Notes under the pieces: model-generated
What the model was told of the DNA's origin: nothing
Databases searched by the model: none
The model's input: only the letters and a program-made list of their open reading frames with translations
Shown here: piece after piece, positions 24,935-38,407 of the stretch
How positions within the stretch are numbered: position 1 is the first letter of the stretch
How the letters are laid out: every line of letters begins with the position of its first letter
Origin: Felis catus
Taxonomy: Eukaryota
Direction: 5' to 3'
DNA: 64,000 nucleotides
Assembly (NCBI RefSeq): GCF_018350175.1
Contig: NC_058368.1
Span: 164,240,001 to 164,304,000, forward strand
Program-made: the position numbers and the translations under genes

Positions 24935-25182
24935 AGGGTGCCTGGGTGTCTCAGTTGGTTAAGCGGCTGACTCTTGATTTCAGCTCAGGTCATGATCTCA
25001 TGTTTTGTGAGATCGAGCCCCATGTTGGGCTCTGTGCTGACAGCACGGAGCCTGCTTTGGATTTTCTCTCTCCCTCTCTCTCTCTCTGCCCCTCCCCCAC
25101 TTATTCTCTCTCTCTCTCTCTCTCTCAAAATAAATAAATAAATAAATAAATAAACAAACAAACAAACATTATAAAAGAAAGA
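24935..25182 (+). mobile_element. Older Can-SINE with (AAAT)n(AAAC)n tail
   Basis: AGGGTGCCTGGGTGTCTCAG head. Perfect TSD AGAACAATCAATGCTT at 24919-24934 and 25183-25198. Confidence 0.95.
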
Positions 25183-25670
25183 AGAACAATCAATGCTTTA
25201 GTTTGATTAAGAGCACTAGAGAGAATTGCATACACATATTTCATTTTAACATGCACATTACCACCCAAGTATACGTGGCCTTATATTGAACCAACCCATT
25301 GTCATGATGCAGTTCAACTCTTTTGTGTAGGGACTTGTTTATTATTTTACATGTCTTCTGTCATATACACGTGGAGGCAGATGTTTTCTGTACTGTGGAT
25401 GAATACCACACAACACATGGCAGAAAGTGAATTACTTGTGCAGCATTTACATTTCTCTGATAGACTGTGTGACTATAATTGTGTTGTGCCTTTAACATTT
25501 CTCTGTTATGAATTATATTTAAATTTTATTTGTAGTTTATTTGAAAAAAATCGAAGAAAGGGTAATCACTAATAGAATATCATTAATTTTTATAGAAGGA
25601 GTTTAGATCTTTATGCATGATGATATCCATTCTGCATAAAGTTCTAAACTCCTATAAAAATTAATGATAC

Positions 25671-25719
25671 TATATATATAGTATATATATATAACAAATA
25701 ATATATAGTATATATATAA

Positions 25720-25759
<40 letters not shown>
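25671..25759. repeat. Imperfect (AT)n microsatellite
   Basis: Direct read. Confidence 0.93.
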
Positions 25760-25762
<3 letters not shown>

Positions 25763-27518
25763 ATGAATAATACTGGAATGGAATATAGGGTCCAAAGATA
25801 TTTTAGTAATATTTTTAGATATATTTAACTATGGGTTTGTCAAACTATATGATGAGAAACAAATGAGAAAGTAAAATTGGAAGTAGACGTTTCTGTTTCT
25901 GTAGATAGTTACCTTATGAGTACTTTCCTTTTGCGAATAGCAAATAATCATAAATAATTATCTTCCTGTCCCCACTGCCCTGCTTGCCTTGTCTAAAACT
26001 ACCTCTTCTGTGTTGAAGGTCATCCATTTTTGTATCCATTGCATTTTAACCCAGCACTCAGACCAACTTCTGTCATTTCCATATACTACTCTTCTCTGGA
26101 AGAAGCACCATTAGTGCTAAAGTTCCTCTCACTGACCGGCAAATATCGTTGGTGCTTAGTCCCCAGGCAAAAACAATCTCTGCCACATATACCACATATA
26201 AAATTAGTGTCCTAGCTCAAGGCAAATAGCTCATGGGGCAGAAGGCAATGCTAAATGCACATTTGTATGTTACAGGACTGTCTCTTGGTCAAATGAAATC
26301 TTGATTATTGCTGATTTCCATATTCATTTGTCTTCTGATTCACACATTTCAGAATCATGTATCTGAACTAAACAAACACTGCTCATGTTCAAATATTCTA
26401 TATTTTCAAGAAGTTAACATATATTGAATTAAATCACTCTGTATTCTATGTACTTCTTGAGGGACAAAAGCTAGAGAAACAATTATCATGCTTTTGAAGC
26501 CAGTTTATACAGGTATTTCTGCTTAATTTATATGAGGAGTTGAACTGTGAACTTTTCTTCCTGCGGGTGATTGTGTGCTTTTAAAATCTGTAACAAAAAA
26601 TGCTAAGAATATACTTTTGCCACAGTTCAGACAGTTCCTGCTGGCCAAGCCACTCTGTCTGGCATAGGTTTGCATCTTCTGTATACTGTAATCCAGGACA
26701 GGGAGTAGATGTAGTTTTGCTTCCAACAGGTGTTATGACAGAAATTTTCAAAATTGATGTATTTTTTGTGGGACACAGCTTTCAAAATTTCAGTCTTTCT
26801 GTCTACTCTTTTTGTTGAAAACTGTACCCTCAAAAGAAAAATTTTCTTTCAGCCTCCTGACTTAAATTATTGGTATTTAGTTAATGACTGCTATCAGACA
26901 TTACCAAGACTCCTAGGAAGAAGCTTGATGAAATAGAATATAGAACATTGTGAAAAAAATAGAATAAAAGGAGGGCTAGGAACATGGTGTATAGCAAATA
27001 AGAACTTTCATCCCAAATAGATTGCTTTAGTTTTTTGTTTAGATGGTTTTGGTAATGGAAAACTTGATCCGATGTACATACGATGCCTCTATTTTCAATG
27101 AGAGTAAATAATGCTTATTAAACATGAACTTTCTTTTGTACGAACTTGTATGTTTAGCTTCCTCACTTCAGAGACGGCAAAAATGTAACACATTTTTCCT
27201 TTTTAGCATAAGTTTTAGTCCACTGAAATATTTATTTGTCCTCCAGTAGGAATGTGAATACCTTCCAGGTGCCAGCTTAATCAAGAGGGCATCACTACAG
27301 ACAACTTCTGCCTTTTATCACTACACATTCCAAAGAGAAGATAAAGTGTAAGCATCTGAGTTAAACAAATAGTACTCAGGTTGAAATAGTGCTCTGCATG
27401 CTATATATGGCAGGCAGTGAAATTTGAATTGGCTTGTTCCTTATGCAGTACTACAATGCCAAGATTATTACTTTAATAGTCACATCTATACAAAGTATGT
27501 AGGTGTGAATGTGTGTTT

Positions 27519-27545
27519 TGTGTGTGTGTGTGTGTGTGTGTGTGT
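27519..27545. repeat. (TG)n microsatellite
   Basis: Direct read. Confidence 0.95.
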
Positions 27546-27659
27546 ATTATATTTGGTGAGGAAATGTTGTTTACAGGATACTTCAATTGATACGCTATTG
27601 GGAATGTGTGTATAATTCTTTTTTTAGTATTTAATGGCTATATATATCTTAATTGTATT

Positions 27660-29120
27660 CATTTTTATTTTATTTTTTGAAAAATCTTTTTATTATCTTT
27701 TTTTTATATTTTTATTCAAGTATAATCAACATACAGTGTTATATTAGTTTTAAGCATACAACATAATGATTTAACAGTTCTATATGTTACTTAGTGCTGG
27801 TCACAATAAGTGTACTCTTAATCCCCTTCACCTATTTCACTTATCCCTCCCACCCACATCCCCTCTGGTAGCCACCAGTTTCTTCTCTATGTTCGAGTGT
27901 TTTGCTTGTTCATTTGTTTGTTTTGGTCTCTTTTTTATTTGCTTATTTTGTTTCTTAAATTGTACATTTGAATGAAATCATGGAATTTTTCTTTCTCTGA
28001 CTTATTTCACTTAGCATTATACTCTCTGAATTCATTCATGCTATTGCCAATGGCAAGATTTATTCTTTTTATGGCTGAGGAATATTTCAGTTTATATAAC
28101 ACTCTTCTTTATTGATTCATCTATCAGTGGACACTTGGGTTGCTTTCATATCTTGTCTGTTGTAAATAATGCTGCAGTAAACACAGAGGTGCATATATCT
28201 TTTTTGAATTAGTGTTTTCATTTTGTTTGGTTAGATAACCAGTAGTAGAATTAATGGATCATTTGTTTTTAATTTTTTTAAGACTATTTGTTTTGAGAGA
28301 GAGAGAGCACTGTGAAAGCTGGGAAGGGGCAGAGAGAGAGGGAAAGAGAGAGAATCCCAAGTAGGCTCAGCACTGTCAGCACAGAGCCCAAAACATGGGG
28401 CTCAAACTCACCAACCATGAGATCATGACCCGAGCCAAAACCAAGAATCAAATGCTTAACTCACTAAGCCACCCAGGCACCCCTATTTTTAATTTTTTGA
28501 GGAATGTCCATGTTTTCCACAGTGACTACATGAATTGGCATTCCTACCAACAGTTTAAGAGGATTCCTTTTTCTCCACATCTTCACCAACACTTGTTATT
28601 TCTTGTCTTTATGATTTTAGCCATTCTGACAGATGCAAGGTAGTATCTCATTGTGGTTTTGATTTTCATTTCTCTGATGATGAGTTATGTTGAGCATGTT
28701 TTCATGTGTCTGTTTGGCATCTGTATGTCTTATTTGGAAAAATGTTTACTCATGTCCTCTGCCCATTTTTGAATTGGATTTTTTTTTGTTTATTTGGTGT
28801 TGAGTTATATATTAAGTTCTTTATATATTTTGGATATTGACCCCTTATTAGATATATCATTTACAAATATCTTCTCCCATTGAGGAGACTGCCTTTCTCA
28901 TTAGAGAAATAGGCCTATAGTGGTTTGTTATTGTTGTTGTTGTATTATGTATTTATGTTGTATTATGTCTTTATCAAGGTGATGCTGGCCTCATAGACTG
29001 AATTTTGAATCTTTCATATTTTTTGGAATAGTTTGAGAAGAGTATGTATTTATTCTTTAAATGTGTGGTAGCGTTCATCTATGAAAACAGCTGGTCCTGG
29101 ACTTTGGTTTGTTGGGAGGT

Positions 29121-29151
<31 letters not shown>

Positions 29152-30235
29152 TTATTACTGATTTAATTTCATTGCTGATAATCAGTCTGTTCGAATTTTG
29201 TATTTCTTCATGCTTCAATTTTGGTATTGATTCATACCAAACATATTCAATTTATATCTTTCTAAGAATTTATTTCTTTGTGCTGCCCCTTGTGTGGTTT
29301 TTGATGGTGAATGGGACCAACAGTCAGATCAAATGTCTTTCCCCAGCCCACTGTTCCAGCTGCAGTGGTACTGGTGTCTTTGGTTATCTGCCACTCTCCC
29401 CAGGGCAGAGGTCACTTCGGAGTGGTGCTGGTCACTATCAGGGCTTGTTGCAGAAAGAGAAGTGTCAGGAACCACTTTGGAGGGACTCTTGCTGAGTGGG
29501 GCAGGTTAGATGGGGTAGGTCTGCCTTGGCAGAGTGTGGCTGTTAACAAACCTGGTGGAGAGTATTTGTTCTGGTTTCCAAAGGTGTCAGACTATCTAGG
29601 CTGGGGATGGAGGGAGTGAAATGATGCCTATCAACTCTTTTGTTTTTGGAGAATTCTCCTAAAGATCCCTACCCCTCCACTGCACATTCTGAGATTAGTA
29701 AATAAATGTTCCCATAAAGCACAGGCACTTTTCAAACTGCTTCTTCTATGTGGAGTTGTTTGTTATGTGATCTCTTTAAGGGTGGTGACTCAATTTCCTA
29801 TTGCCCTCTGACTTCCCAGACCTGAGCCAGCTGATCTTTGAAGTACATGAGTTAAGCCCCATTGATTGTAAAACCTGGCAAAGTTAAGCTCTACTGGTTT
29901 TCAAAGCCAAATATGAGAGGAACTTGTCTCCCAGTTCAGGTTCCCCATGTCTGGGATGCCTGCTGTGGGGTCTTTTCCTCTCCCTTTTCCATGTTTGTGG
30001 TATTCCTCCCATTTGTGCTTAGTCTCCCTGGGATTTTGGGTTTTGACCACATCTCCCCCTCCTACCCTTTTAGATGTGGCCTCCTCTTGGTGGCTAACTG
30101 TGAAGAGTCTGTTCTGCCAGTCTTTGGGAAGTTTTCTGGTTTAGTTGTACTGATACAGCTGTTATATAGATGATAATATCCATGGAATGAGGTGAGCTTA
30201 GGACTCTTCTATTCTGCCATCTTCCCAGGCTTCCA
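27660..30235 (-). mobile_element. Carnivore L1 retaining 3' end, two ORF2 pieces and 5' UTR (internally deleted)
   Basis: 3' UTR/ORF2 end 27660-28900, mid-ORF2 piece about 28900-29278, GC-richer 5' UTR about 29280-30235. On the - strand it begins GGAAGCCTGGGAAGATGGCAGAATAGAAGAGTCCTAAGCTCACCTC. Confidence 0.82.
28279..28483 (-). mobile_element. Older Can-SINE nested in an L1
   Basis: SINE body. TSD TGTTTTTAATTTTTT (28264-28278) / TATTTTTAATTTTTT (28484-28498). Confidence 0.93.
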
Positions 30236-32089
30236 TTCCTATAGCCAAATCATACACTGTAAAATAATTTTATGTTTGAATAAAAATTAGGTGAATAATA
30301 ACAAGTAAATTCCCCTTTAGAGCATCTTGTCTATAAAACATCCTTTTAGCCAAACCTGTGTTTTCATTTACATTAAGCATCCTTTTTAAAACCATGAATT
30401 AATATCAGCAAATAAATTCCCACCATTTGAATTGAATTACTAACTTTAATGCTTTTGAACCAGAAAAAAAGGACAACAAAATACTGAAGGGTACCTTTCA
30501 TAATGTACAAATCAGTTGCATGGGTATTTACTTTTCTGTTTTTAGAAAGTGCTAAGTCTCTTGTTTTTTGAAATTTTTATAAAAGAAGAAATGTGTATTC
30601 TTTTTTATTCAGGTTGTTGTAAGTAAAATAAACAGCCTGACCTTAATAACTTTAACTCCTGTGTTAACTTGGTACGCATTTGAGAATTATAGGCACAGCT
30701 GAGTAAATTACAGGAAGAATAATTGGAAAAACAAGAACAACAGGTGACAATTTGGTCAGGCTGCCAAAATCCTAGATTATTAATTTATTTATCTATCTTT
30801 TTCCATTTTACAGTTTTCCTCTTGATATTGGATACTGTGCTCATTCCCTATTGCTCATTTTAATGAATACTTAACCACATAAAATATTTGTTCATTTCAA
30901 GGGAATTCCCCATGGTTTCAAAAAAGAATGCAGAAGCCATTTCAGAGCTTAATTAGGGAGATTTGGAACCTCTATGCTTGTTCAATCGATTTTATCACAA
31001 GTAAAAGCATTTTAACTATTCCCTTTGTCTACACAATCATTTGCAACCCAGCAAAAATATTCCATTCCTTCCACAGTAAGCTTAACTAAGCAGGACAGTC
31101 AGTTGGAGTGAGGTCAGACTGGAAAATGTTTTTAAAAGGGTTTTATAAACCCTTTAAAATTTTAAGTTAAGTTTTAATGAGCATTGCAGAAGAGTTAGAT
31201 CCCCTGGGGGCAAATCAATTTTGAGTGTTACACTGCCTGTTCCTTCTAGCCTGTGAAGTACCACCTTAACTGACTTCCCCCTGGTTATGTTGAGCCAGAT
31301 ATTTCAGATGAAAGAATGCAAATATACAGCCTGTGAATTTCTCCCTTACCAAGGGGTCACCAAATCCTTGAGCCATTTTATTTTTTCAAGTGGTGAGAGG
31401 AATGGAACGGGTGGAACAAAGTAGTTGGCTATTTCAGCACTAAGAGAAGTGTGAGGTTTAAGGTGGGCTATGGTGGGTTGGGGAACCTGCTTTGGGAAAT
31501 GTTCAGTCTTTTTTTTTTTTTTCTTTCCCTTGGGACTAGATCAGCTCTTGGGATATAGTAAATTTGAAATTCAGTCTGGGACCCACTATGGTTTAATGTG
31601 ACTACTGAAGGATAAAGGAAAACTGCCTAATGAAGTTCAGAGGCCATGTTTACTTTCACTTTTTCTCTCAGATGTGTGTTGTTTTCTGGATTTTTAGACT
31701 TTCATAATGTTGGACATGTAGGATTTTCCCTTACACAGTTACACAATTGCTTCTTTATATATTGCCTCAAATAAACTGACACCATGCATCCTCCTAAAAA
31801 GGCATTGAGCTCCAGAGTGTACTTCTCTGGAACTATTTACTACATTCTGCCATCTCCCTGCAATAAGGAAATTATATATTAAAGATTAACTGAGCATATC
31901 ATTTCCTCTCTCTAGGCTGCCATGAGGTACGTCTACAGACTGCTGCTCAGTATTTTGGGAGCTTACCCCTGTGAAAGAACATTTTTAAGGCTAGATGAAT
32001 CACAGGTTCTTCATCCCATCTATGAACAAATACTTAGCCTTCTACAAATGCTAAATAATGTACTGTATTGAATGTATTCTAGAATGTAT

Positions 32090-32600
32090 TTCTAGAACAC
32101 ACTTTATTACTACATTTACCTGTTATCTTTTCAAATTTTTGCTTTAGGGTCATCTTCTCAGTGAGGCCTACATAACCATCCTATTTAAATTTGTAACACG
32201 TACCACACCCCACTCTTTACTCTCCACCTCGCTCTATTTTTTTTTTTTTTTCCTCATGGGATTTCTTAGCACCTATCATACTCTTTTTTCCTATTAGTTC
32301 TGTCTTTTCCCCAGGGACATTTCAGTAAAATTTCAATACATTATTACGTTAGACAGGATAGGTTAGATTATGCTGAGGTAACAACCTGGAAATCTAAGTG
32401 GTTTACAACAAAACATTTCTTTTTTGCACCCATCTCTGGTCAGTTAGTGTTCTGCTCTATCCTATTCATTCCAAGACTCAGGCTGATGGGTCAGCCTCTA
32501 TCTAGAAAATTACCCCTTGCTGCACATGTTTAGGTAGTTTTGTCTGTTCACTTACATATACCAATGACCTAGAACAGAGCCTGGAACAAAAGGAGTGACA
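32090..32600 (+). mobile_element. L2 3' fragment interrupted by a duplicated segment
   Basis: GTCATCTTCTCAGTGAGGCCTAC...CCTATTTAAATTTG and TGTCTGTTCACT...CCTAGAACAGAGCCTGG. Confidence 0.65.
32331..32514 (+). repeat. 184-bp direct duplication, copy 1 (partner 33491-33674)
   Basis: Ungapped hand alignment, 7 mismatches in 184 bp. Confidence 0.97.
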
Positions 32601-32719
32601 TAACTGTTATATTGTGTAAAAGGGTTCAGTAAATATTATTAATAAAATATACGTTTAGATCCATAAATATAAATAAATATAAAGTGAGCTCATATATTAT
32701 TATATTCATTTTTTTCATA

Positions 32720-32905
32720 GCTGCATTTCACACATGATTTAATATTTATACCAAACCTATGAGTAGCTGGTAGTCCCATTTCACTGAAGAGGAAACAGAG
32801 AAATTGAATAACTTGTTTGAGGTCATGTGGTTTGTAAGAGGGCAAGATGGACTTTAGGCCCATTTGTATCTGACTCCAGTGTACATATTCTTTATGCTTC
32901 CTACA
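32720..32905 (-). mobile_element. MIR fragment
   Basis: CCCATTTCACTGAAGAGGAAACAGAG...ACTTGTTTGAGGTCAT...TCTGACTCCAG. Confidence 0.7.
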
Positions 32906-33490
32906 AGACTTTCTTTACCTTTGATATGTCTGAAAGAGGGCCTTAAGTAATATATATGTAATCATATTAGTTTCTAGTTGATTAGAAACTTGCTTTTTTT
33001 CTATCTGAATTTGCTTTGGCTATTTCACTTCCTCTATAGTCGAGTAAATAATCCCTGACTTTAGATCGCTCAGTTCTTCTCAAAACCAGAGTCTAATCAC
33101 TGACCAGAATTTAAAGCTGAATTTAAATCTGTTGGCTCCTTAGCATTTATTTGACTCTGACCTTTATATAATCCTTAGGTTTCTGGTGCTAAGTGACACT
33201 AAGGATGACTGGCATCTTATTCTTACACTTAGCTATTTTGTAAACGTTTCATAGCTGCTTCATAAGAAATTGCTTGCAAGGATAAGGAGCATAAACAACA
33301 AAACCATAGCTCATTTAATGTAATTTTCCCTGGATGAATTATTTTAAATGTTTTTAGAGTGAGGGTAATTTCTTTTAGAAGTTTTTATTGGATTCATCCC
33401 CTAGTTTGGAAACACCAAAAAGAACACAGAGTATTTAAAATCTCATCAGCAAGGGGGAGGGAAGGATTAAAACATTCTTTTAAATGACTT

Positions 33491-33674
33491 TTTCAATACA
33501 TTATTACATTAGACAGGATAGGTTAGATTATGCCGAGGTAACAACCTGAAAATCTAAGTGGTTTACAACAAAACATCTCTTTTTTCCATCCATCTCTGGT
33601 CAGTTAGTGTTCTCCTCTATCCTATTCATTCCAAGACTCAGGCTGATGGGTCAGCCTCTATCTAGAAAATTACC
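33491..33674 (+). repeat. 184-bp direct duplication, copy 2 (likely source)
   Basis: Same alignment. This copy continues into the rest of the LTR33-like element. Confidence 0.97.
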
Positions 33675-33902
33675 TCTGGTTGTTCCTGAAAGACAAAAGA
33701 AACCTAACAACTCACATGCTGGTTCTTACAACTTTTACTCAGAAGTGGCACTTCATCAGCTTAAACAAATCCCATGTTCATGCCTGAATTCAGTAGAGCA
33801 AGGACAGAACCACATGCTGCACTTGATGGCAATGGGGAAGGAGCGCATAATAATTTGTAAGGAAGTTGAAGAATAATTTTAAACATTAATAAGATCTACT
33901 TA
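33505..33902 (-). mobile_element. ERVL LTR (LTR33-like)
   Basis: CATTAGACAGGATAGGTTAGATTATGCCGAGGTAACAAC...AATCTAAGTGGTTTACAACAAAAC...CCAGGCTGATGG-like motif...CTCAGAAGTGGCAC. Confidence 0.7.
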
Positions 33903-35449
33903 GCAGACCTTTTAAAATTTAACGCACTGGCTTTTGAAACAAATTGTTTCTATCTCAGAACAATGTGAGAATTTTTCCCTTGATTTTTGCCATATCTTCA
34001 GTGTAGCTAGGCAAGACTATATTGTGCTATATATACACTTACATAACTTCCCAAGATTATCATGCTTTCCATCGATGGTCACATGAGGTAAAAGCCACAT
34101 TTGCTACTACATTTTTTTGAAGTAAGTGTATTTACAGGGAGTCATATAGTCTTTGTTCTGAAAATGAACAAAGTTTGAATGACTTCACCTTAGGCTGGCT
34201 CGCCCAGTCTTCAATTTCACCTCACGTGTTTACACATACACATTTGTTGTCATACTTCTGCCAAACTGGAATAATCTGTGTCAACCATGCTGTCCAAACT
34301 GTAGTGTATTTTACATAATGAGAACACAGCTGGCACAGTGGATTGATTCCACATACTCTGAACATATGGCTTGGAGAAGGCCAGAGTAGCTCTGATCAGG
34401 AAACTTGATTCCAGTTAGAAAAGATGTATTAGAGTCCATAGTCCTGTGAAGAAAAATATTGTTTTATAAATATAGGCTTCATTAAGCACCTGTCTGCACA
34501 ATTTACCGAGGTTATTCAAGTTTAAAGTAAGAATAGCAATGAGGGATTATGCTTCAGTTTGAATATCAAAATTTATTTTGACTAAGGTCAGGACTATAAA
34601 GTGAAATGAAATATAAACCTCTCTCAGGCACCTCTTACTACTGGAAATCTGAAGGTTGACTTTAGTATCCATATGGATTTCCAAATCATTAACAGGCTAA
34701 TATTTATCCTCTTTGTCCAAAGAGACATTTAGATAGCTTTTGTCATCTGGCCTGAGATATTCACACAGTAAAGGTTACATTCTTTTTCCAATTTATTGTG
34801 TTCCCTCTAAAATGGGGTAGAGGTGGAAGGAATAGGGATATGCTCAATGTCCTGTGGGCTTAAGGCCTTTAATAGGCTCAGCACAGAGTAAGATGGCTGC
34901 TTGCATTACATCTTTTATCTTAGCTGTGATAGACTACCATAGGTTATTGGATCCTTCTACGGCAAACTTCTTCTTTGCTGGCAGAGCTGGGGGTTATATT
35001 TCTGTCAGCTGCTTCTATAGGCTTTCCCTTATTAGTCTTGCACTCCCAGCATCCTATGTAGAAAGCTGCTTTAAGGAGCTACTGGTCAATAACCATACAG
35101 CCCCTTTGAGAAGTAAAGAACAATAATTTGTAGCAATAATTTGGAGGGTAGACCCTTCCACTCCCCCCACAATCAGTTACTTTATTCATCAGTTCTATTA
35201 TGTAGAGCATCTCTTGGGACACTAAGGACACTCTTCCTTCCACAGCCCATTAGTTAAAGGTTATTTCAAACACTGCATTAGTGTATGTTGAATATTAGAA
35301 CCAAATGCTCCTTCTGCTAGTGGTTCCCTTAGAGATATGAGATCTAGAAACAAGTGGTCTTGTGCCTAAAACTTGGTGGGTGCTCAAAGAATGGCTCTGA
35401 GTTCCCTTAAGCTTGTGGAGAGCCAACAGTGTGTTCCAGAGATTTTCCA

Positions 35450-35850
35450 GGTATTCTCCATTTATTCCACCATACCCATCATTCTCCACCTTGTCCTATG
35501 CTTCAAGAAGTTATCATTTTGAATTGCATCAGTAGGTACACTTGCCCTCTGGCTTCTGGTTTGGCCAAGTAAGGCACTGGCAGGAGAATGGAAGATGAAA
35601 GGAGAGTGAGGTAGGGACATTTCATCTCATGGCTCCCACCCTACTCCATTTAATTTTTAAATAGTGGTGGATGCTCCTTCAGTCCTAAAGGGTGCAATAG
35701 CTCTCTATGTCCCAAGTCCTGGTATCCTGAACCATTCCTTCTTGGTTTACCTTAAAACTACCCACACATCTGTAAATAGTCCTTTAGGTAAATTCTCCTC
35801 CATAACCCCTTTTGATACACCTCTCTCCTTCCACAGCTTTGGCTAATACA
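35450..35850 (+). mobile_element. ERVL LTR (LTR33A/LTR41-like)
   Basis: CTTGCCCTCTGGCTTCTGGTTTGGCCAA...GCACTGGCAGGAGA...TGTAAATAGTCCTTT...GGCTAATACA. Confidence 0.65.
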
Positions 35851-37524
35851 AAGGCATTTTATAATCAAATGGTTGCAGTTGTGAATAACTGATCCAACCA
35901 ATTATGCATGACCACTGTGTATGGTGCATTCCTAAAATGTTGTTTTCTACACCTTGTGGATGCTGTTAATGCTGTTTAATTATACCTCATCAACTTTTTT
36001 CTACTTTTGTGTTCTTAGTTTCCTGAGATAAAGTATCTCCCTTCCCTTACTATATAATCTTCCAGTTTTGATAATGTACATTCCTAGATTTGGAATCTGA
36101 CAGTGTAGGGACACTAATCTTCTATACAGGTTGAGCAGATGTTAACTCTTTGTTTTCAGGAGAGTTTGGGAAAAGTGATTAGAGTGTGAGAAGGGTGAGC
36201 TAGTTCTCGGATTGATTTTCTAACTCTTGTGTAAGACTTTTAATGTCTCTAGATTTTAATTTCCACTTATGTGAAGTGAGAGAGCTGCGTCAAACAAGTG
36301 CTTTTTTCCATGACTACAGTTTTAGTCCTTTATTAAGCCTCATCTGTATGCTAGGCACTCAGAAGACTGCTGATAGTCTATTAAAAAGCTAGAGGAACTT
36401 AATGGAGAATGACGCTAGGAAGTGCTGTTTTGCTCCTAATTTATTTTCCCTGATTCTAGTATTTCCAAACTTGGGATCTGTCAACTTTTAGAAGGTCCAT
36501 AGATAGTCGTTAGGTAGGGTGGATAGTCTCTTGACACTGTAGGTTAAAAAATGGTGTCTATGCATGTTTTTCTGAGGTAAGTGTCCACTTTTGGCCAGAT
36601 TCTCAAAGGACTAATGACTTCCTTTCCTCACCCCTATTCCTTTGAAGAGATGGGCATGTTAAAGTTCCAGGCTGCCAAATATGTAATTTATGTGTCACCT
36701 ACTGCCCCCATAAATGCATTTATCATGTACTGTGAGCCATCTACTTTTCACAGGTTTTCACATTTCTTTAGGATCTACTGATGGATTTTCAGATCAACTT
36801 TTGACTTATAGATATGAGAAAGGCTTTTTGTCTATGTGACTTTCTTTTTAGCTATAGATAGCAGAAATATTCAAAGACTCTGTTAGGATAAAGAGAAGAA
36901 GCAGATTTCTCTCACAGACAAAATCAGATTAGGAGACTTTATTTTAAAATAAAGTGTGTATATTCTGTTTTCTTACTGTGTTTTTCTTTTTCTGAAGTAC
37001 TAACTGATCTTACAGAATTCTCATTGAAGTTTCTGTCTCAATTACACTGCTCTATCAAGCCTTTGTTTTTTCTTTCATTGATTTTTTTCTCCTGTTCTTG
37101 CAAAAGGCATAAGGTCACATATACATAATAGTAAATAAAGTTACAGATTAGTATTTTCATACAGAACGAAACTCTGGAGGAGACAAAATTTCTTTGCCTA
37201 TAGGTGATATTTCTGTTTCCAAAATATCTCCTTCTCTCTTCTATATATTTCAATCCAGTTTATATCCTCAGTATTCACCCCAAACCCTCCAGTTAGTTTA
37301 ACCAATGATTGTGTATGTATGTATGCATGCATGTATTTATCTATCTCCCTGTCATCTATCTGATGATCATCCACTTTTTAAATATTTCTATCATTTCCTT
37401 TTCTATCATCTATTTGCCTATCTCTGTCTATTAATCCTTACATAGAATTTTGAGACATTGTTTTCAGTACTTTATGAGAATTAATTCATACTTTATAAGA
37501 ATTACCTTATTTTATCCTCAAAAC

Positions 37525-38407
37525 CTGTGATTCTCAAATTTTTTCATCAGACACAATTTATACTCTTAAAATTATTAAAGATTTCCAGGTTTTTTTGTTT
37601 GTGTAGGCTTTTTCTATTGATGTTTTTCATATTTGAAAGTAATATTGAGAAAACATCAATATTTATGTATTAATTTAACAACAGTGATAAAGCATTGCAA
37701 ACTAACATAAATAACATTTTTATAAAGAATAAAAATATTTTCCAATACAAAAACAATGTAGTGAAAAGAGTGGCAGTCTTATATTTTTCTAATCTTTTTA
37801 ATGCCTAGTTTAATAAAAGATAGGTAGATTCTCATATCTTCTCTTGCATTCAGTCTGTTTGATGTGTTTTATAGGAAGCATATGAAGAAATTCTAGCCTT
37901 ATTTAAATATCTAGTTGGAAAATGTGGTACTATTTTAATAACCTAAAGGTTATTTCAATGTTGAGTTTTAAAATCATGTCAGTAAGTTTTTGATAGTCTG
38001 TTACATTTGAATCCACTGGAGTATTTTCACATTGAATGGATATTTTTACCCATGTAGAATTTTGGAACATCATGCATTAGTCATTTGGCAAATGTTGGCT
38101 CACAGATACACCTAGATCTTAGCAGTGTTTACACATTTAGTTATATAATATGAAAGATCAAAATGAAATAAAATTAATATTTTTTAGTGGTTTGTCAATA
38201 ACATTATTAAAAGAAATTGGCTTTTTTTTTAACTGCAAATGGGTTGTGGAGAATAGAATCATAATACATTTTAGTGCTACTACCTTGGTTTGTACAAGCC
38301 AATACAGTGAATAAATCAGCACATGAAAGTGGTTTTAATCTCACACGTCTCCTGAAAGGGTCTGTAGAATCCCCTCATGTCCACAGAGCACACTTTGATA
38401 AGCACTA
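37525..38407. mobile_element. hAT-Charlie DNA transposon (Charlie1a/1b-like, non-autonomous)
   Basis: Terminal inverted repeats CTGTGATTCTCAAA / TTTGATAAGCACTA. Perfect 8-bp TSD CTCAAAAC at 37517-37524 and 38408-38415. Confidence 0.88.

Noticed and set aside
29109..30173. Cluster of overlapping ORFs of about 65-128 aa
   Set aside because: Lies antisense in the GC-richer L1 5' UTR-like segment. No coding evidence.
31129..31160. Short hairpins (also 48187-48208, about 55051-55070, about 63610-63628) as miRNA or terminator elements
   Set aside because: Stems of 8-13 bp are too short for pre-miRNA and are plausible by chance in AT-rich sequence.
34810..35130. 90-aa ORF with an AAGATGGC (YY1-like) motif
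   Set aside because: GTG start and no recognisable homology. It may be an unrecognised old repeat and cannot be supported.
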